Shown here: one piece after another, positions 29,309-39,730 of the stretch | How the letters are laid out: every line of letters begins with the position of its first letter | How positions within the stretch are numbered: position 1 is the first letter of the stretch | NCBI RefSeq assembly: GCF_009936135.1 | Contig: NZ_CP047901.1 | Span: 344,984-408,983 of the forward strand | Direction: 5' to 3' | Length of the DNA stretch: 64,000 nucleotides | Source: Candidatus Chazhemtobacterium aquaticus | GTDB taxonomy: Bacteria; Patescibacteriota; Microgenomatia; UBA1400; Chazhemtobacteraceae | Made by a program: the position numbers and the translations under genes | The notes under the pieces: generated by a model | Database searches by the model: none | What the model saw: the letters and a program-made list of their open reading frames with translations, nothing else | What the model was told of the DNA's origin: nothing

Positions 29309-29996
29309 CTACCGTCTTTTCATTTCCTGAGCCACCCCGGCCAAAAACGCCGTTCCTAGTAAAGAACTCACCCCCACCACCCCAAACAACAGGCTATATC
29401 CAAAACTCGCTGCTATATACCCACCCAGTCCAGCCGTTAATGCCGCTCCAAGATCAGTAGCTGTGTAATACAAGCTCCACTCCAAGGCCTCACTTTGTTT
29501 ATCGATATGTCTGGTGAAAATCCCCAACCAAGATGGGTACGACAAAGCCCCTCCCAAACCTCCAATAACCTGAACTGCATACACCTGCCAAGGATACTTA
29601 ACTCCGATATACAAAAACGCCGACAAGGTAATCAGTAGCGAACCAATAATCATTACCCAGTAGTCATCCCACTCACCTCGACGATTATCATTCCATCGTG
29701 CCACCGGAATCTGCACCACACTTTTAACCACAAAATACACCGTTGCTGCCATTCCAGCCAACTCCACTCCGCCTCCTACCACTTGCTCTGATATAAAAAA
29801 CTGCCAAAATTGGATTGATTAACCCCCATCCTGACAACATCATAATATCTGAATAAGTCAGAAACTGAACCACTCGACTTATTTTCAAACTACCAGCCAA
29901 TCGTGCAAATACCTTTTTCATCAACTCAAGCATACAACAAACTTGCGCTATCATTAACACATGAATCAGCAACAAAGTATTGAAACTAGCGAGCAC
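29309..29996 (-). pseudogene. disrupted MFS-like transporter gene, two overlapping ORFs in different frames
   Basis: The 29724-29996 and 29309-29782 ORFs overlap by ~59 nt in different frames. Both are hydrophobic and transporter-like, so a frameshift is suspected. Confidence 0.4.
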
Positions 29997-30497
29997 TTAA
30001 AGTCAGCTGTCTACGGAGCTAATGACGGCATTGTCACCACCTTTGCCGTCGTCGCCGGAGTTGCCGGAGCTCAACTATCCTCCTCAGTTGTACTTATTCT
30101 TGGTATCGCCAACATGGTCGCAGACGGCATATCCATGGGTTTAAGCAATTATCTCGGCGAGCGCTCGCAACGCCGTTTTCTAAATAACCACAAACACAAC
30201 CTAATCTTTCACACTGCTGTCTGGCACAATGGCCTTATTACCTTTATAGCCTTTAACCTAGCCGGCGTTCTCCCTCTCTCCCCCTACCTTCTTAGTCTTT
30301 TTGGCTTACCCATACCCAATCCTTTCTTGTGCTCCATACTCAGTACCGCCCTAGCCCTCTTCCTTGTAGGAAGTCTTCGCACACTCCTTACCCGTGACTC
30401 CTGGTACAAAAATGGCCTTGAGATGTTGCTCGTTGGTGCTCTAGCTGCCACAGCTGCCTATTTCTCAGGTTTCCTAATCAACACTCTAATTAACTAA
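29961..30497 (+). CDS. VIT1/CCC1-family Fe/Mn transporter
   Basis: GANDGIVTTFAVVAG and GIANMVADGISMGLSNYLG blocks typical of VIT family proteins. Confidence 0.65.
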   Translation: MNQQQSIETSEHLKSAVYGANDGIVTTFAVVAGVAGAQLSSSVVLILGIANMVADGISMGLSNYLGERSQRRFLNNHKHNLIFHTAVWHNGLITFIAFNLAGVLPLSPYLLSLFGLPIPNPFLCSILSTALALFLVGSLRTLLTRDSWYKNGLEMLLVGALAATAAYFSGFLINTLIN

Positions 30498-30513
30498 ACC
30501 AACACATTTACCC

Positions 30514-30972
30514 ATGATCGCCGTCATTCAGCGTGTCACCCAAGCCTCGGTCTCTATCCCCACCCAAAGCAACTCCATTGGTCATGGCTACCTTGTTCTT
30601 CTTGGTGTGGCCGACGATGACACATCTAAAGACGCTCTTTTATTAGCCAATAAAACTATCAAATTGCGTCTCATGTCTGATTCCCAGCAAAAGATGAATC
30701 TATCCCTAACCGATTCTGATGGCGAGCTGCTTGTTGTCTCCCAGTTCACCCTGTTGGGTGACGTCTCCAAAGGTAACAGACCCAGTTTTGTAAAGGCTGC
30801 TCCGCCCTCACTTGCCCAAAAGCTATATCATGAATATGTCAAAATCATCAAAGACGCTGGTCTAAAAGTTAAAACCGGTTTTTTTGGTCAGTACATGCAG
30901 CTTAACCTAATCAACGATGGCCCCACCACTATCATTATCGACTCCAAACAACTAAAACAGCTAAACAAATGA
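30514..30972 (+). CDS. dtd: D-aminoacyl-tRNA deacylase
   Basis: MIAVIQRV start, the SQFTL motif and ~150 aa length. Confidence 0.85.
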   Translation: MIAVIQRVTQASVSIPTQSNSIGHGYLVLLGVADDDTSKDALLLANKTIKLRLMSDSQQKMNLSLTDSDGELLVVSQFTLLGDVSKGNRPSFVKAAPPSLAQKLYHEYVKIIKDAGLKVKTGFFGQYMQLNLINDGPTTIIIDSKQLKQLNK

Positions 30973-31448
30973 AATACACCAAACCTTCACCAGTTCTAAT
31001 TCTTTCAATAACCATCCTTGTTTTTTCCTTTCTCTTCATCTCCCTCACCGATTTCCTCTCAGGTAAACAAGTCTTTAACGACTCTGGCCCCACTCTTGAC
31101 CCAAATATCAATATTCTCTCAGTTGCTCCCGACCCACAATTACCCAACACCTATCAAATCACTTGGGAAATAACTTCCCCCACCCCTCTGCCTGTTACCT
31201 CAACCACCATTTACTACGACACCATCTCCACCCCCTCCGCTCTAACCACCACAGACTCACCCTCCGCCCCTTCATATCAGTTCTACTTGTCTGACTATCT
31301 CTCCGGACCCTTCACCTCTCCTGGCATCTTTACCGCCACCCTTCAATCTCCTCCAGACGCAATCTCCATTTTCATCCGAGCCTACGCCCATATTGACACC
31401 AACCATTACTGGACGCCAGAATACACCATTGATACCAACAGTCTATGA
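30969..31448 (+). CDS. hypothetical membrane-anchored protein
   Basis: N-terminal TM and an S/T/P-rich extracytoplasmic part. Coupled by ATGA to dtd. Confidence 0.4.
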   Translation: MKYTKPSPVLILSITILVFSFLFISLTDFLSGKQVFNDSGPTLDPNINILSVAPDPQLPNTYQITWEITSPTPLPVTSTTIYYDTISTPSALTTTDSPSAPSYQFYLSDYLSGPFTSPGIFTATLQSPPDAISIFIRAYAHIDTNHYWTPEYTIDTNSL

Positions 31449-31616
31449 AATCAAAAAAAACCTCTTCTCAATTCTCCCCAGTTCTCTTCCTAATCATCCT
31501 CATTCTCACCATTCTTGCCGTGATACTAACCGGATCCTTTCTTCTCACCAATTTCAAGAACCTCCCTTAGCACTCGGTATTGAAATCTGCTAAAATATTG
31601 ATATATTAACTAGTCT

Positions 31617-34004
31617 ATGGCTATTCTTTTGCAACCTCCAAAAAATCAATCCAGTCCTCGCATCACTCCTCTCGTTACCCTTCGCGAAGGTGTTGTTTTT
31701 CCTCACTCTGAAGTCATACTTTCTTTTGGTCGAAAGGGCTCAATTAAAAGTGTCACTCAAGCCGAAAAAAACGACCGTCTCATCGTCATCGTCTCCCAAA
31801 AATCACCCTCCATTACCAAGCCCACCTTAAAAGACATCTACACTGTTGGCACTCTTTGTCGCATTCAGCGTACTATCCCTGTTAATAATGAGCTTCATGC
31901 CATTGTCAAAGGTATCTCCAGGGTCAAAATTCACGACATCACTATCATCGACAACATCCTCTCTGCCGCCATTTCTAAACTACCCGAAACCCAACAGGAA
32001 GACGACTATCTCAAAGCTACCGTCAACCACCTCATCTCCCAAGTCAAAACCGCGGTTAATCTCGGCAAACCCAACATCGAGACCCCTATGCTCATGCGTT
32101 TGCTTAACTCAACCGAAACATCCTCAGTTGCTGACCAAGTCGCCTCCATTCTTGAGTTAAGCACTCCCGAAAAACAAGCACTTCTCGAACAAACCGATTT
32201 AAAAAAACGCCTCGAACAGATTAATCAACACCTTGATAAAGAAATTAATGTCCTCAAGCTTGAACAAAAAATCGCCTCCAAAACCCAGTCCAAATTTGAT
32301 CAATCTATGAAAGAAGCAGTCCTCCGTGAGCGAATGCGCATGATCCAACAGGAACTGGGTGAAGACGATGAAGGCGACGAACTCACTTCTTTAAAGAAAA
32401 AAATCAATCAAGCTGGCATGCCCAAAGCTGCCAAACAAAAGGCCCTCAAAGACCTCAAACGACTTCAAAAACTCTCTCTCCACAGTCCTGAATCGGGCTA
32501 CATCAGGAGCTGGCTTGAAACCATGGTTGAAATTCCCTGGAGCAAAAGTAGTGCAAATAATATATCTCTCACTAAGGCTGCCAAGATCCTCAAGCAAGAC
32601 CATTATGCCCTTGAAGAGGTCAAAGAACGTATCCTCGAGTACCTTGCTGTTATGCAGCTCAAGAAAAAACGAAGCAACAAGAAAATTTTCAAGAATAAAA
32701 ATGCTAACTCGGCCATTGTTCCCACCATTATCTGTTTTGTTGGCCCCCCCGGTGTTGGTAAAACTAGTGTTGGCCGCTCAATCGCCAAAGCTCTTGGCCG
32801 TAATTTTGCCAAACTATCACTAGGCGGCATCAAAGACGAGGCAGAAATCAGAGGTCACCGTCGCACCTATGTAGGAGCCATGCCAGGTAGAGTAGTTCAA
32901 TCTCTCATAGATGCCGGCACGAACAATCCGGTCATCATGCTGGACGAGATCGATAAAATCGGTGCCGATTACCGAGGCGACCCTTCAGCGGCCTTACTCG
33001 AAGTCCTTGATCCTGAACAGAATCATGCCTTTGTCGACCACTATCTTGACACCTCACTTGATCTCTCCAAAGTCATGTTCATCACCACCGCCAATGTCTT
33101 AGAAACCATTCCTCCAGCTCTAAGGGACCGTCTCGAGATCATCCAGTTCTCCGGCTACACCCAAGAAGAAAAATACTTCATTGCCAGAAACCACTTGATT
33201 CCTAAACAACTTTCCACCAACGCTCTTACCCCCAAAGATATTGCTCTAAGCCCCGCTGCCGTTAGAAACATCAGCAAGTTCTACACCCACGAAGCAGGAG
33301 TCCGAAATCTAGAACGTGAAATCAGCAAAGTCTTTCGTAAAGTCGCTCGCAAAATTGCCTCAAGTCGCAGTGTTAAGACTCCCATCAAAATTACCCCTAA
33401 AAACCTATCCACCTACCTTGGTCCTCGCAAGTTTACCCATACTATAGCCGATGAGCAAAACCGTGTTGGTATCGCCACTGGCCTTGCTTACACACAAACC
33501 GGGGGAGACATTCTCTTTATAGAAGTCGCTCTCATGGAAGGAAAAGGTCGCATCCAGTTAACCGGTCAGCTTGGTGACGTCATGAAAGAATCTGCTCAAG
33601 CCGCCCTCTCCTATGTTCGATCTCATGCCAAGCAGCTAAAAATCGACCCCAAGCGTTTTGCCAAGACAGACGTCCACGTTCACGTTCCCGAGGGTGCCAC
33701 CCCCAAGGATGGTCCTTCCGCTGGTGTTGCCATTACCACTGCCTTAATCTCTGCTTTCACCAACAAACCCATCAACCGACTGGTGGGTATGACTGGTGAG
33801 ATCTCTTTAAGAGGCAGGGTCATGGAAATCGGCGGAGTCAAGGAAAAAACTATTGCCGGACATCGCTCAGGCCTAAAGCACATCATCCTTCCCAAGGACA
33901 ACCGTAAAGACCTCGTCAAAGTTCCACCTAAGGTCAAAAAAGACCTCAAATTTAGCTTTGCCACTAATCTAGAAGACGTTCTCAAAATTGCCCTTATTTC
34001 TTGA
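31617..34004 (+). CDS. lon: ATP-dependent Lon protease
   Basis: LON N-domain, AAA+ Walker A GPPGVGKTS, and catalytic Ser in PKDGPSAGVAITTALIS. Confidence 0.9.
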   Translation: MAILLQPPKNQSSPRITPLVTLREGVVFPHSEVILSFGRKGSIKSVTQAEKNDRLIVIVSQKSPSITKPTLKDIYTVGTLCRIQRTIPVNNELHAIVKGISRVKIHDITIIDNILSAAISKLPETQQEDDYLKATVNHLISQVKTAVNLGKPNIETPMLMRLLNSTETSSVADQVASILELSTPEKQALLEQTDLKKRLEQINQHLDKEINVLKLEQKIASKTQSKFDQSMKEAVLRERMRMIQQELGEDDEGDELTSLKKKINQAGMPKAAKQKALKDLKRLQKLSLHSPESGYIRSWLETMVEIPWSKSSANNISLTKAAKILKQDHYALEEVKERILEYLAVMQLKKKRSNKKIFKNKNANSAIVPTIICFVGPPGVGKTSVGRSIAKALGRNFAKLSLGGIKDEAEIRGHRRTYVGAMPGRVVQSLIDAGTNNPVIMLDEIDKIGADYRGDPSAALLEVLDPEQNHAFVDHYLDTSLDLSKVMFITTANVLETIPPALRDRLEIIQFSGYTQEEKYFIARNHLIPKQLSTNALTPKDIALSPAAVRNISKFYTHEAGVRNLEREISKVFRKVARKIASSRSVKTPIKITPKNLSTYLGPRKFTHTIADEQNRVGIATGLAYTQTGGDILFIEVALMEGKGRIQLTGQLGDVMKESAQAALSYVRSHAKQLKIDPKRFAKTDVHVHVPEGATPKDGPSAGVAITTALISAFTNKPINRLVGMTGEISLRGRVMEIGGVKEKTIAGHRSGLKHIILPKDNRKDLVKVPPKVKKDLKFSFATNLEDVLKIALIS

Positions 34005-34022
34005 TATTCCAGTTAATTCTGA

Positions 34023-34058
34023 TATAATAGAACTATAGTACATAACATTAACTAGGAG
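34023..34058 (+). promoter_or_regulatory. TATAAT -10 box and AGGAGG ribosome-binding site for the downstream small gene
   Basis: gaTATAATag at 34023-34028, and ctAGGAGGct 7 nt before the GTG start. Confidence 0.4.
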
Positions 34059-34064
34059 GCTAGT

Positions 34065-34394
34065 GTGTCTAAATTGTCGTTAGCCGAAGCTGTCAGCCTA
34101 CTTAAGGCAACTCGTTCAGCTTCAGTCAACTTGACCGACTGGAATGGAGAACAAACACTGGTTGGTGACATCAGCATTGAAGGAGATCTGATCGTCTTTA
34201 CCAACCTCAAAAAACTGGCTCGCATGCGCCACATCGCCCCGACCCCAACCGTGCGCAGTACCAGAAAATTCACCATCCCCCAGAATGCTGAGGTTGTAAC
34301 TCACGCAAAGGCAATCGCCATTAGCTTCACGACCCCTGAACACGGCGATGTCATCATTACTTTTGTTCCAGAATCCTCCTTCGCCACCGTCTAG
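34065..34394 (+). CDS. hypothetical protein (109 aa)
   Basis: GTG start with a strong SD. It ends where lgt ends on the opposite strand. Confidence 0.45.
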   Translation: MSKLSLAEAVSLLKATRSASVNLTDWNGEQTLVGDISIEGDLIVFTNLKKLARMRHIAPTPTVRSTRKFTIPQNAEVVTHAKAIAISFTTPEHGDVIITFVPESSFATV

Positions 34395-35161
34395 TTCTTG
34401 CCCGCAGGCAACTCTTCACCCCTGCGGGCACCTCTTTTGACTAAAACAATTCCTGTCAAAACTGCTACTCCAGCCACCACTTGCGCTACCGCCATTTCCC
34501 CAATTTGCCAAACTATCTCTTCCGGTCTTAAACTTTCCAGGAAAAATCTAGTTAACCCATAACCGATCAAATAAGTACCCGCTACTCTTCCTCCCGCTCC
34601 TTCCCCTTTTTGCCTGATCAGCACCCAAATCAATAATGCAAACAATCCCAAATTTAGTCCTGATTCATACAAAAAAAGTGGGTGCACTTTTCCTTCCACC
34701 CCCATCACCTTAATTCCCCAAGGCAAGTTGGTCACCTTTCCATACAGCTCACCGTTGATATAGTTGCCCCATCTACCAATCGCCTGTGCCAAAGGTACTC
34801 CCACTACAGCTACGTCTAACAATCTAAACAAATCTAAGCCCAACCTATCTTTGTTCTTCAAATAAAACCAAAGCAATCCAACTCCTCCCCCACCAATCGC
34901 TCCCCAAATTCCCAGTCCTCCTCGCCAAACCATCAATATCTCAATCCAATTTTTTCCATATATTTCCCAATAATCCACTACGTGATAAAGCCTGGCCCCA
35001 ATCAAACCTCCCCCCACCACCCACCAAAATCCCTTTTCAATCACTTCTTTTTTAATCCCCTCCTTCTTTCCCGACCATACTGAAACCTCAGTCGCCAGCC
35101 AGATTCCCAACCCTATCAACAATCCATATCCATTTAACCTCAATTCTCCAAGCTCAATCAT
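34391..35161 (-). CDS. lgt: prolipoprotein diacylglyceryl transferase
   Basis: Lgt signature GRWGNYINGELYG. Polytopic. Confidence 0.85.
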   Translation of the reverse strand: MIELGELRLNGYGLLIGLGIWLATEVSVWSGKKEGIKKEVIEKGFWWVVGGGLIGARLYHVVDYWEIYGKNWIEILMVWRGGLGIWGAIGGGGVGLLWFYLKNKDRLGLDLFRLLDVAVVGVPLAQAIGRWGNYINGELYGKVTNLPWGIKVMGVEGKVHPLFLYESGLNLGLFALLIWVLIRQKGEGAGGRVAGTYLIGYGLTRFFLESLRPEEIVWQIGEMAVAQVVAGVAVLTGIVLVKRGARRGEELPAGKN

Positions 35162-36390
35162 ATCAGCCGATCAACCAGCTCTCCCAGTTTAACTCGCTCA
35201 GTTGTATCACTGTCCCTTCGTTTAATCTCCACCTCTCCATCGGCTAGTGTTCTCTCACTTACAACCACCCGATACGGGTTACCAATCAAATCAGCGTCTG
35301 CAAACTTAACTCCTGCCGATTCCTCCCGATCATCCCACAACACCTCTACGCCTCCCTTAACCAGTTGTTGATAAATCTCTTCGGCCTTCTCTCCAACCCC
35401 CAAACTAACTAGACTCACCATAAATGGAGCCACACTCTCTGGCCAGACAATCCCTCTCTCATCATTGAATCTCTCCACGATCACTCCCATCGTTCGACTA
35501 ATCCCAATACCATAACAACCCATTACTGGATATCTTTTCTTCCCTTCCTGGTCACTAAATTGCAATCCAAATGCCTTCACATATTTTTCTCCCAAATCAA
35601 AAATATTCCCCACCTCTGCAGCCTTTGATGGTTTTAATAACCCCTTACCACAACTTGGACATTCCCCTCCCTCATCATACTTGCCAATATCATCCACATT
35701 GACGCAAAACTCACACTCATCACAATACAGAATATTTGCCTCTCCTGCCTCAGTTAATACCTCAAATTCATAAGAAATCTTGTCTGAAAAACTCCCGCCC
35801 GACGCCTCAGTAGCTTTAGCCACTAATCCCAAACGACTAAATATCTTAAGGTAAGCCTTCTTTGCTTCCTCGTAAAACTTCTCAAAATCCTCCTGTGACT
35901 CATGCCACGAGTACATATCTTTCATGTAGAACTCTCTACCTCTCAAAATACCTGACTTAGCTCTTAACTCGTCTCTAAACTTCCACTGGATATGATAAAC
36001 CGCTCTTGGTAAGTCTTTGTACGAATTAATAAACTCACTCATCAAAGGCGTCACCACCTCTTCCTGGCTTTGTCCTAATGCATACTCCTTACCAGTGCGG
36101 CTTTTTAGCTTGTAAAGCACGTCAATACTATCCCAGCCACCACTCTGCTTCCAGATTCCAGCCGGATGAAGCATCGGCATCAACAACTCCTCGCCACCAA
36201 TCGCATTCATTTCCTCACGCACTACTTGTTCAATTTTTCTAAGCACTCTCAATCCCCAAGGCAAATATGTGTATATACCCGCTGTAAGTTGTCTTACAAA
36301 CCCAGCCTGAACCAATAGTCTATGGTTAATTGTTGCGGCATCTTTAGGCGGATTCTTGTCCGGCCTTATCACCGTCTGACTCATTCTCAT
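35158..36390 (-). CDS. proS: prolyl-tRNA synthetase, bacterial-type N-terminus but lacking the INS editing domain, with a Cys4 Zn-ribbon insert
   Basis: N-terminal AGFVRQLTAGIYTYLPWGLRVLRKIEQVVREEM, C-terminal anticodon-binding domain, and CDECEF...CPSC where INS normally sits. Confidence 0.8.
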   Translation of the reverse strand: MRMSQTVIRPDKNPPKDAATINHRLLVQAGFVRQLTAGIYTYLPWGLRVLRKIEQVVREEMNAIGGEELLMPMLHPAGIWKQSGGWDSIDVLYKLKSRTGKEYALGQSQEEVVTPLMSEFINSYKDLPRAVYHIQWKFRDELRAKSGILRGREFYMKDMYSWHESQEDFEKFYEEAKKAYLKIFSRLGLVAKATEASGGSFSDKISYEFEVLTEAGEANILYCDECEFCVNVDDIGKYDEGGECPSCGKGLLKPSKAAEVGNIFDLGEKYVKAFGLQFSDQEGKKRYPVMGCYGIGISRTMGVIVERFNDERGIVWPESVAPFMVSLVSLGVGEKAEEIYQQLVKGGVEVLWDDREESAGVKFADADLIGNPYRVVVSERTLADGEVEIKRRDSDTTERVKLGELVDRLI

Positions 36391-36478
36391 GGCCTAATCT
36401 TACCATCTCTTAGAAATTTAACTCAAAAAACCAGCCTCATCACCACCCCATCAACCACTAGCAACAAGCTAACCCCTC

Positions 36479-36799
36479 TTACTCTTTAAAATCAAATCCA
36501 TATTGCTCAAGATCTATCACCCCTTTCTCCACCTCCACCCCCTCTTGTTCCAGCATTCTAATTTTTTCTTCTATTCTTTTTCCTGATCTCTCTCCCCCAA
36601 ACCCTCCAATCTTTCCGTTGCTGCTAACCACCCGATGGCAAGGAGTCCTAGGCGCATCTGGATTTCTTTTAAGTATCTGTCCCACTAACCTGTACCCCTT
36701 ACTCCCCGCTACCTCTGCCAACCATTTATACGTTGTCACCTTACCTCTAGGAACCTCTCTGAGTTTCAGGTAAACCTTTTCAGCCAGACTCATCCTCAC
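36479..36799 (-). CDS. methylated-DNA-[protein]-cysteine S-methyltransferase DNA-binding domain protein (Ogt C-domain only)
   Basis: Active-site PCHRVV motif in 106 aa. GTG start. Confidence 0.75.
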   Translation of the reverse strand: MRMSLAEKVYLKLREVPRGKVTTYKWLAEVAGSKGYRLVGQILKRNPDAPRTPCHRVVSSNGKIGGFGGERSGKRIEEKIRMLEQEGVEVEKGVIDLEQYGFDFKE

Positions 36800-36957
36800 A
36801 ATCTTCCTCCGGGCCTAGGTTTGGAAATTAACACTCCCACCATTGTTCCCAGCGGGAAATAAATTAAAGCTAAGTAATTCTTTGTCCAGAAACCAAATAC
36901 TAACAACGCCAACGCCAGCCCCCAGAATATATAAGTCATTTCTTTGTTAACCATCAT
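36796..36957 (-). CDS. small hydrophobic protein (53 aa), possibly coupled to the MGMT gene
   Basis: ORF below the 60-aa track cutoff. Its stop overlaps the downstream GTG start (GTGA). Product MMVNKEMTYIFWGLALALLVFGFW... Confidence 0.3.
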   Translation of the reverse strand: MMVNKEMTYIFWGLALALLVFGFWTKNYLALIYFPLGTMVGVLISKPRPGGRL

Positions 36958-37044
36958 TAGTTTCAAAGATAGCATATTTGCCCGCCTCCAATATTCCCTC
37001 TATAATTCTCCCTAGATACGTTAATTATTTTTTTAAATATACCC

Positions 37045-37794
37045 ATGTTTTACGCCCTCCTCCCCATCGTCATTTTCGTAATCCTATCCTCTCTCAAACA
37101 AATCAACGAGTATGAGCGCGGTGTCGTTTATACCATGGGTCGCTTCACCGGTATCGTTGAACCCGGCTGGCGTTTAGTTTGGCCCATCTTTCAGAGTTTC
37201 AGAAAGGTTGATATTCGTACCAAAGCAGTCGATGTTCCCAAGCAGGAGACCATCACCAAAGACAACGTCTCTATCAAAATGAACGCCGTTATATATTACA
37301 AAGTGAGAGATGCCGGCAAATCCATCAACGAGGTCGAAGACGTCTTCAGCGCTGTTTCTCAGCTTGCCCAGACCACCATGCGCCGTATTGCTGGCGAGGT
37401 CACACTAGACGAACTTCTTCAAAACCGAGAAAAAATTGCCAGCGATATCTTAAAGATCATCGACAAAACCTCTGACGCCTGGGGCATCGATGTCGAAACC
37501 GTCGAACTTAAGGACATCGAACTTCCTGAAAACATGGTTCGTACCATGGCCAAACAAGCCGAAGCTGAAAGAGAAAAAAGAGCTACCATCATCAACTCCG
37601 AAGGCGAGGTAATCGCTGCCAACAACCTTGGCAAAGCTGCCAATACTCTTGCCAAAGCCCCCGGTGCTCTCCACCTAAGAACGCTCAACTCTATCAACGA
37701 CATCTCCTCTGACCAATCAAACACCGTCATCTTTGCTCTTCCCATGGAGATTCTAAGAGCTATAGAGGGTTTTGTTAAAGATGGTAAGAAATAA
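37045..37794 (+). CDS. SPFH/Band-7 (stomatin-like) membrane protein
   Basis: N-terminal TM and the SPFH domain (YERGVVYTMGRFTGIVEPGWRLVWP...). Confidence 0.8.
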   Translation: MFYALLPIVIFVILSSLKQINEYERGVVYTMGRFTGIVEPGWRLVWPIFQSFRKVDIRTKAVDVPKQETITKDNVSIKMNAVIYYKVRDAGKSINEVEDVFSAVSQLAQTTMRRIAGEVTLDELLQNREKIASDILKIIDKTSDAWGIDVETVELKDIELPENMVRTMAKQAEAEREKRATIINSEGEVIAANNLGKAANTLAKAPGALHLRTLNSINDISSDQSNTVIFALPMEILRAIEGFVKDGKK

Positions 37795-39007
37795 ACAGCC
37801 TCTCCCAAAATCCCTAGTCATCTTCATACCATTAACCCTCATCTTCCTCTCCACCATCTTCTTTCTCACCTACCGCAAATTTTGGTCCAACCCCTTACCT
37901 CAGGGTACTTCCGTCAGTCTGATTGAATCCTCTCCCGAAGACCCTTATGCGAAAAAAAATCCTCCTACACCTGAATCAGTCGACTATCAGGTAACCGAAG
38001 TGGCTAGCAATCTTTACGTTCCTTGGAGTTTGGTCTTCACCGATCCAAAAAGACTTCTCGTCACCGAAAGAGACGGCAAGATAAGACAAATAACCGATAA
38101 TCAACTTAACCCAGATCCACTCATTCAATTCAATGAAGTCATCTCAGAAGGTGAGGCAGGACTTATGGGTATGGATCTTCACCCAAATTATCAAGCCAAT
38201 CACTACCTTTATGTTTGCCTTACTTACCAATATGACAACGCTTTATATAACAAAATCGAGCGATTAATTGACCACAAAGACTATCTCGCTCGCGATCAAA
38301 TCATCTTTGATCGTATCCCAGCAGCCAATAATCATGCCGGTTGTAGAATCAAATTTGGACCCGATTCCAAGCTCTACATCACTACCGGTGATGCTCTCCA
38401 GAGAAACTTGGCTCAGGATCTTAATTCTCTGGCCGGCAAGATCCTCCGTCTAAACGACGATGGCAGTATTCCCACCGACAACCCCTTCCCTAACTCACCT
38501 GTCTACTCCTACGGACATCGCAATCCCCAGGGACTAGCCTGGCATCCTCAAGGACAACTTTTTGCCACAGAGCACGGACCTTCTGGTTTTGATGGTCCCG
38601 GCGGGGGAGACGAACTCAATCTCATCAAACCTGGTCAAAACTACGGCTGGCCTCTTGTCAGTCATGACAAAACCCATCCAGACACTACCCCACCCCTTCT
38701 TGTCTTTACTCCCGCTGAAGCTCCTTCTGGCGCCTTAATCTACACCGGTTCTCTCTTTCCTCAATTCAAAGACAACCTCTTTTTCACGGCACTACGCGGA
38801 TCAGGCATTTTTCATGTCATCCTAGACAGTCAAGACCCAACAAAAACCCTTTCCTATCAAAAACTTGAAATAGATCTAGGTCGAATCCGTGATATCATCC
38901 AAAGTCCAGACGGCCAAATCTACTTCTCTACTAGTAACCGAGATGGTCGTGGCCAAGTAAGGGATAATGACGACAAAATCTATCGCCTTGAACCAATAAC
39001 TGAATAA
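37772..39007 (+). CDS. PQQ-dependent soluble glucose/sorbosone dehydrogenase-like beta-propeller protein
   Basis: HRNPQGLAWHP...EHGPSGFDGPGGGDELNLIKPGQNYGWP signature of the GSDH family. N-terminal TM. Confidence 0.7.
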   Translation: MLKMVRNKQPLPKSLVIFIPLTLIFLSTIFFLTYRKFWSNPLPQGTSVSLIESSPEDPYAKKNPPTPESVDYQVTEVASNLYVPWSLVFTDPKRLLVTERDGKIRQITDNQLNPDPLIQFNEVISEGEAGLMGMDLHPNYQANHYLYVCLTYQYDNALYNKIERLIDHKDYLARDQIIFDRIPAANNHAGCRIKFGPDSKLYITTGDALQRNLAQDLNSLAGKILRLNDDGSIPTDNPFPNSPVYSYGHRNPQGLAWHPQGQLFATEHGPSGFDGPGGGDELNLIKPGQNYGWPLVSHDKTHPDTTPPLLVFTPAEAPSGALIYTGSLFPQFKDNLFFTALRGSGIFHVILDSQDPTKTLSYQKLEIDLGRIRDIIQSPDGQIYFSTSNRDGRGQVRDNDDKIYRLEPITE

Positions 39008-39049
39008 TTGTGTGCCATACGGGTCTGGAACCAAAACTACAAACTAAGT

Positions 39050-39466
39050 TTAAAGCTTTTCTTTTACGATTCTAACAAGCTCATTCGTTGACCACGTAAT
39101 ATTCCATAAAAAAGATGGTAGGAAACCCATTATTCCCATAGATGAAAAGATTAAAAGAAAGACTATTTCTATCCCAACTTTCAAACCGGAAATTAAGTAG
39201 ATATATATGCATATCAAGGATATCCATCCGACCATCGATCCAATAAAATGAATCCAGCTTTGATGAAGATACCATTCAATATGATAAGTAGGAATCTTAT
39301 CTTCTTTTTTAGGGTACATAAACGCTTTAACTGCTACCCAACCTCTAAAAAGTGATGCAACAATACCTAATATCAACAGTGTTGTAATAATGGGGTCAGA
39401 CAATAGAGTTGAAACGATAGAACCAGGTGATGATACGTTTATTTCCGAGTGTGTTCTATATTTCAT
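39050..39466 (-). CDS. hypothetical small membrane protein in an AT-rich segment
   Basis: Three or four TM helices. Local GC is clearly below the neighbours. Lies adjacent to tRNA-Glu. Confidence 0.45.
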   Translation of the reverse strand: MKYRTHSEINVSSPGSIVSTLLSDPIITTLLILGIVASLFRGWVAVKAFMYPKKEDKIPTYHIEWYLHQSWIHFIGSMVGWISLICIYIYLISGLKVGIEIVFLLIFSSMGIMGFLPSFLWNITWSTNELVRIVKEKL

Positions 39467-39582
39467 ATATTTTCTATTACAGGATCTAAATCCCGATTTC
39501 GAACAATTCGATCAAAAAATAGCAAACAGTATCGGGCTTTTCAGCGCACCCAAACGGGTTGCGCTGAACCTTGCAATATTTG

Positions 39583-39654
39583 TGACCCCACGGGGAATCG
39601 AACCCCGATTACAAGGATGAGAACCTTGCGTCCTAGCCGTTAGACGATGGGGCC
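39583..39654 (-). tRNA. tRNA-Glu (anticodon CUC)
   Basis: Manual fold on the minus strand: acceptor GGCCCCA/UGGGGUC, D-arm GUCU-AACGGCUA-GGAC, anticodon stem CAAGG/CCUUG with loop UUCUCAU, T-arm CGGGG-UUCGAUU-CCCCG. Confidence 0.8.
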
Positions 39655-39730
39655 AAGACGCCTAAATTCTAGCGTATTTTCCTCACTTTAGCCACCTCAG
39701 CACCCTATGAATGACAAGCCGGAAAAAACA

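Noticed and set aside
39480-39580. Hairpin CAGCGCA...TGCGCTG just downstream (minus sense) of tRNA-Glu as a terminator
   Set aside because: It is not followed by a U-run on either strand. It may be a processing structure, but there is not enough evidence to call a terminator.
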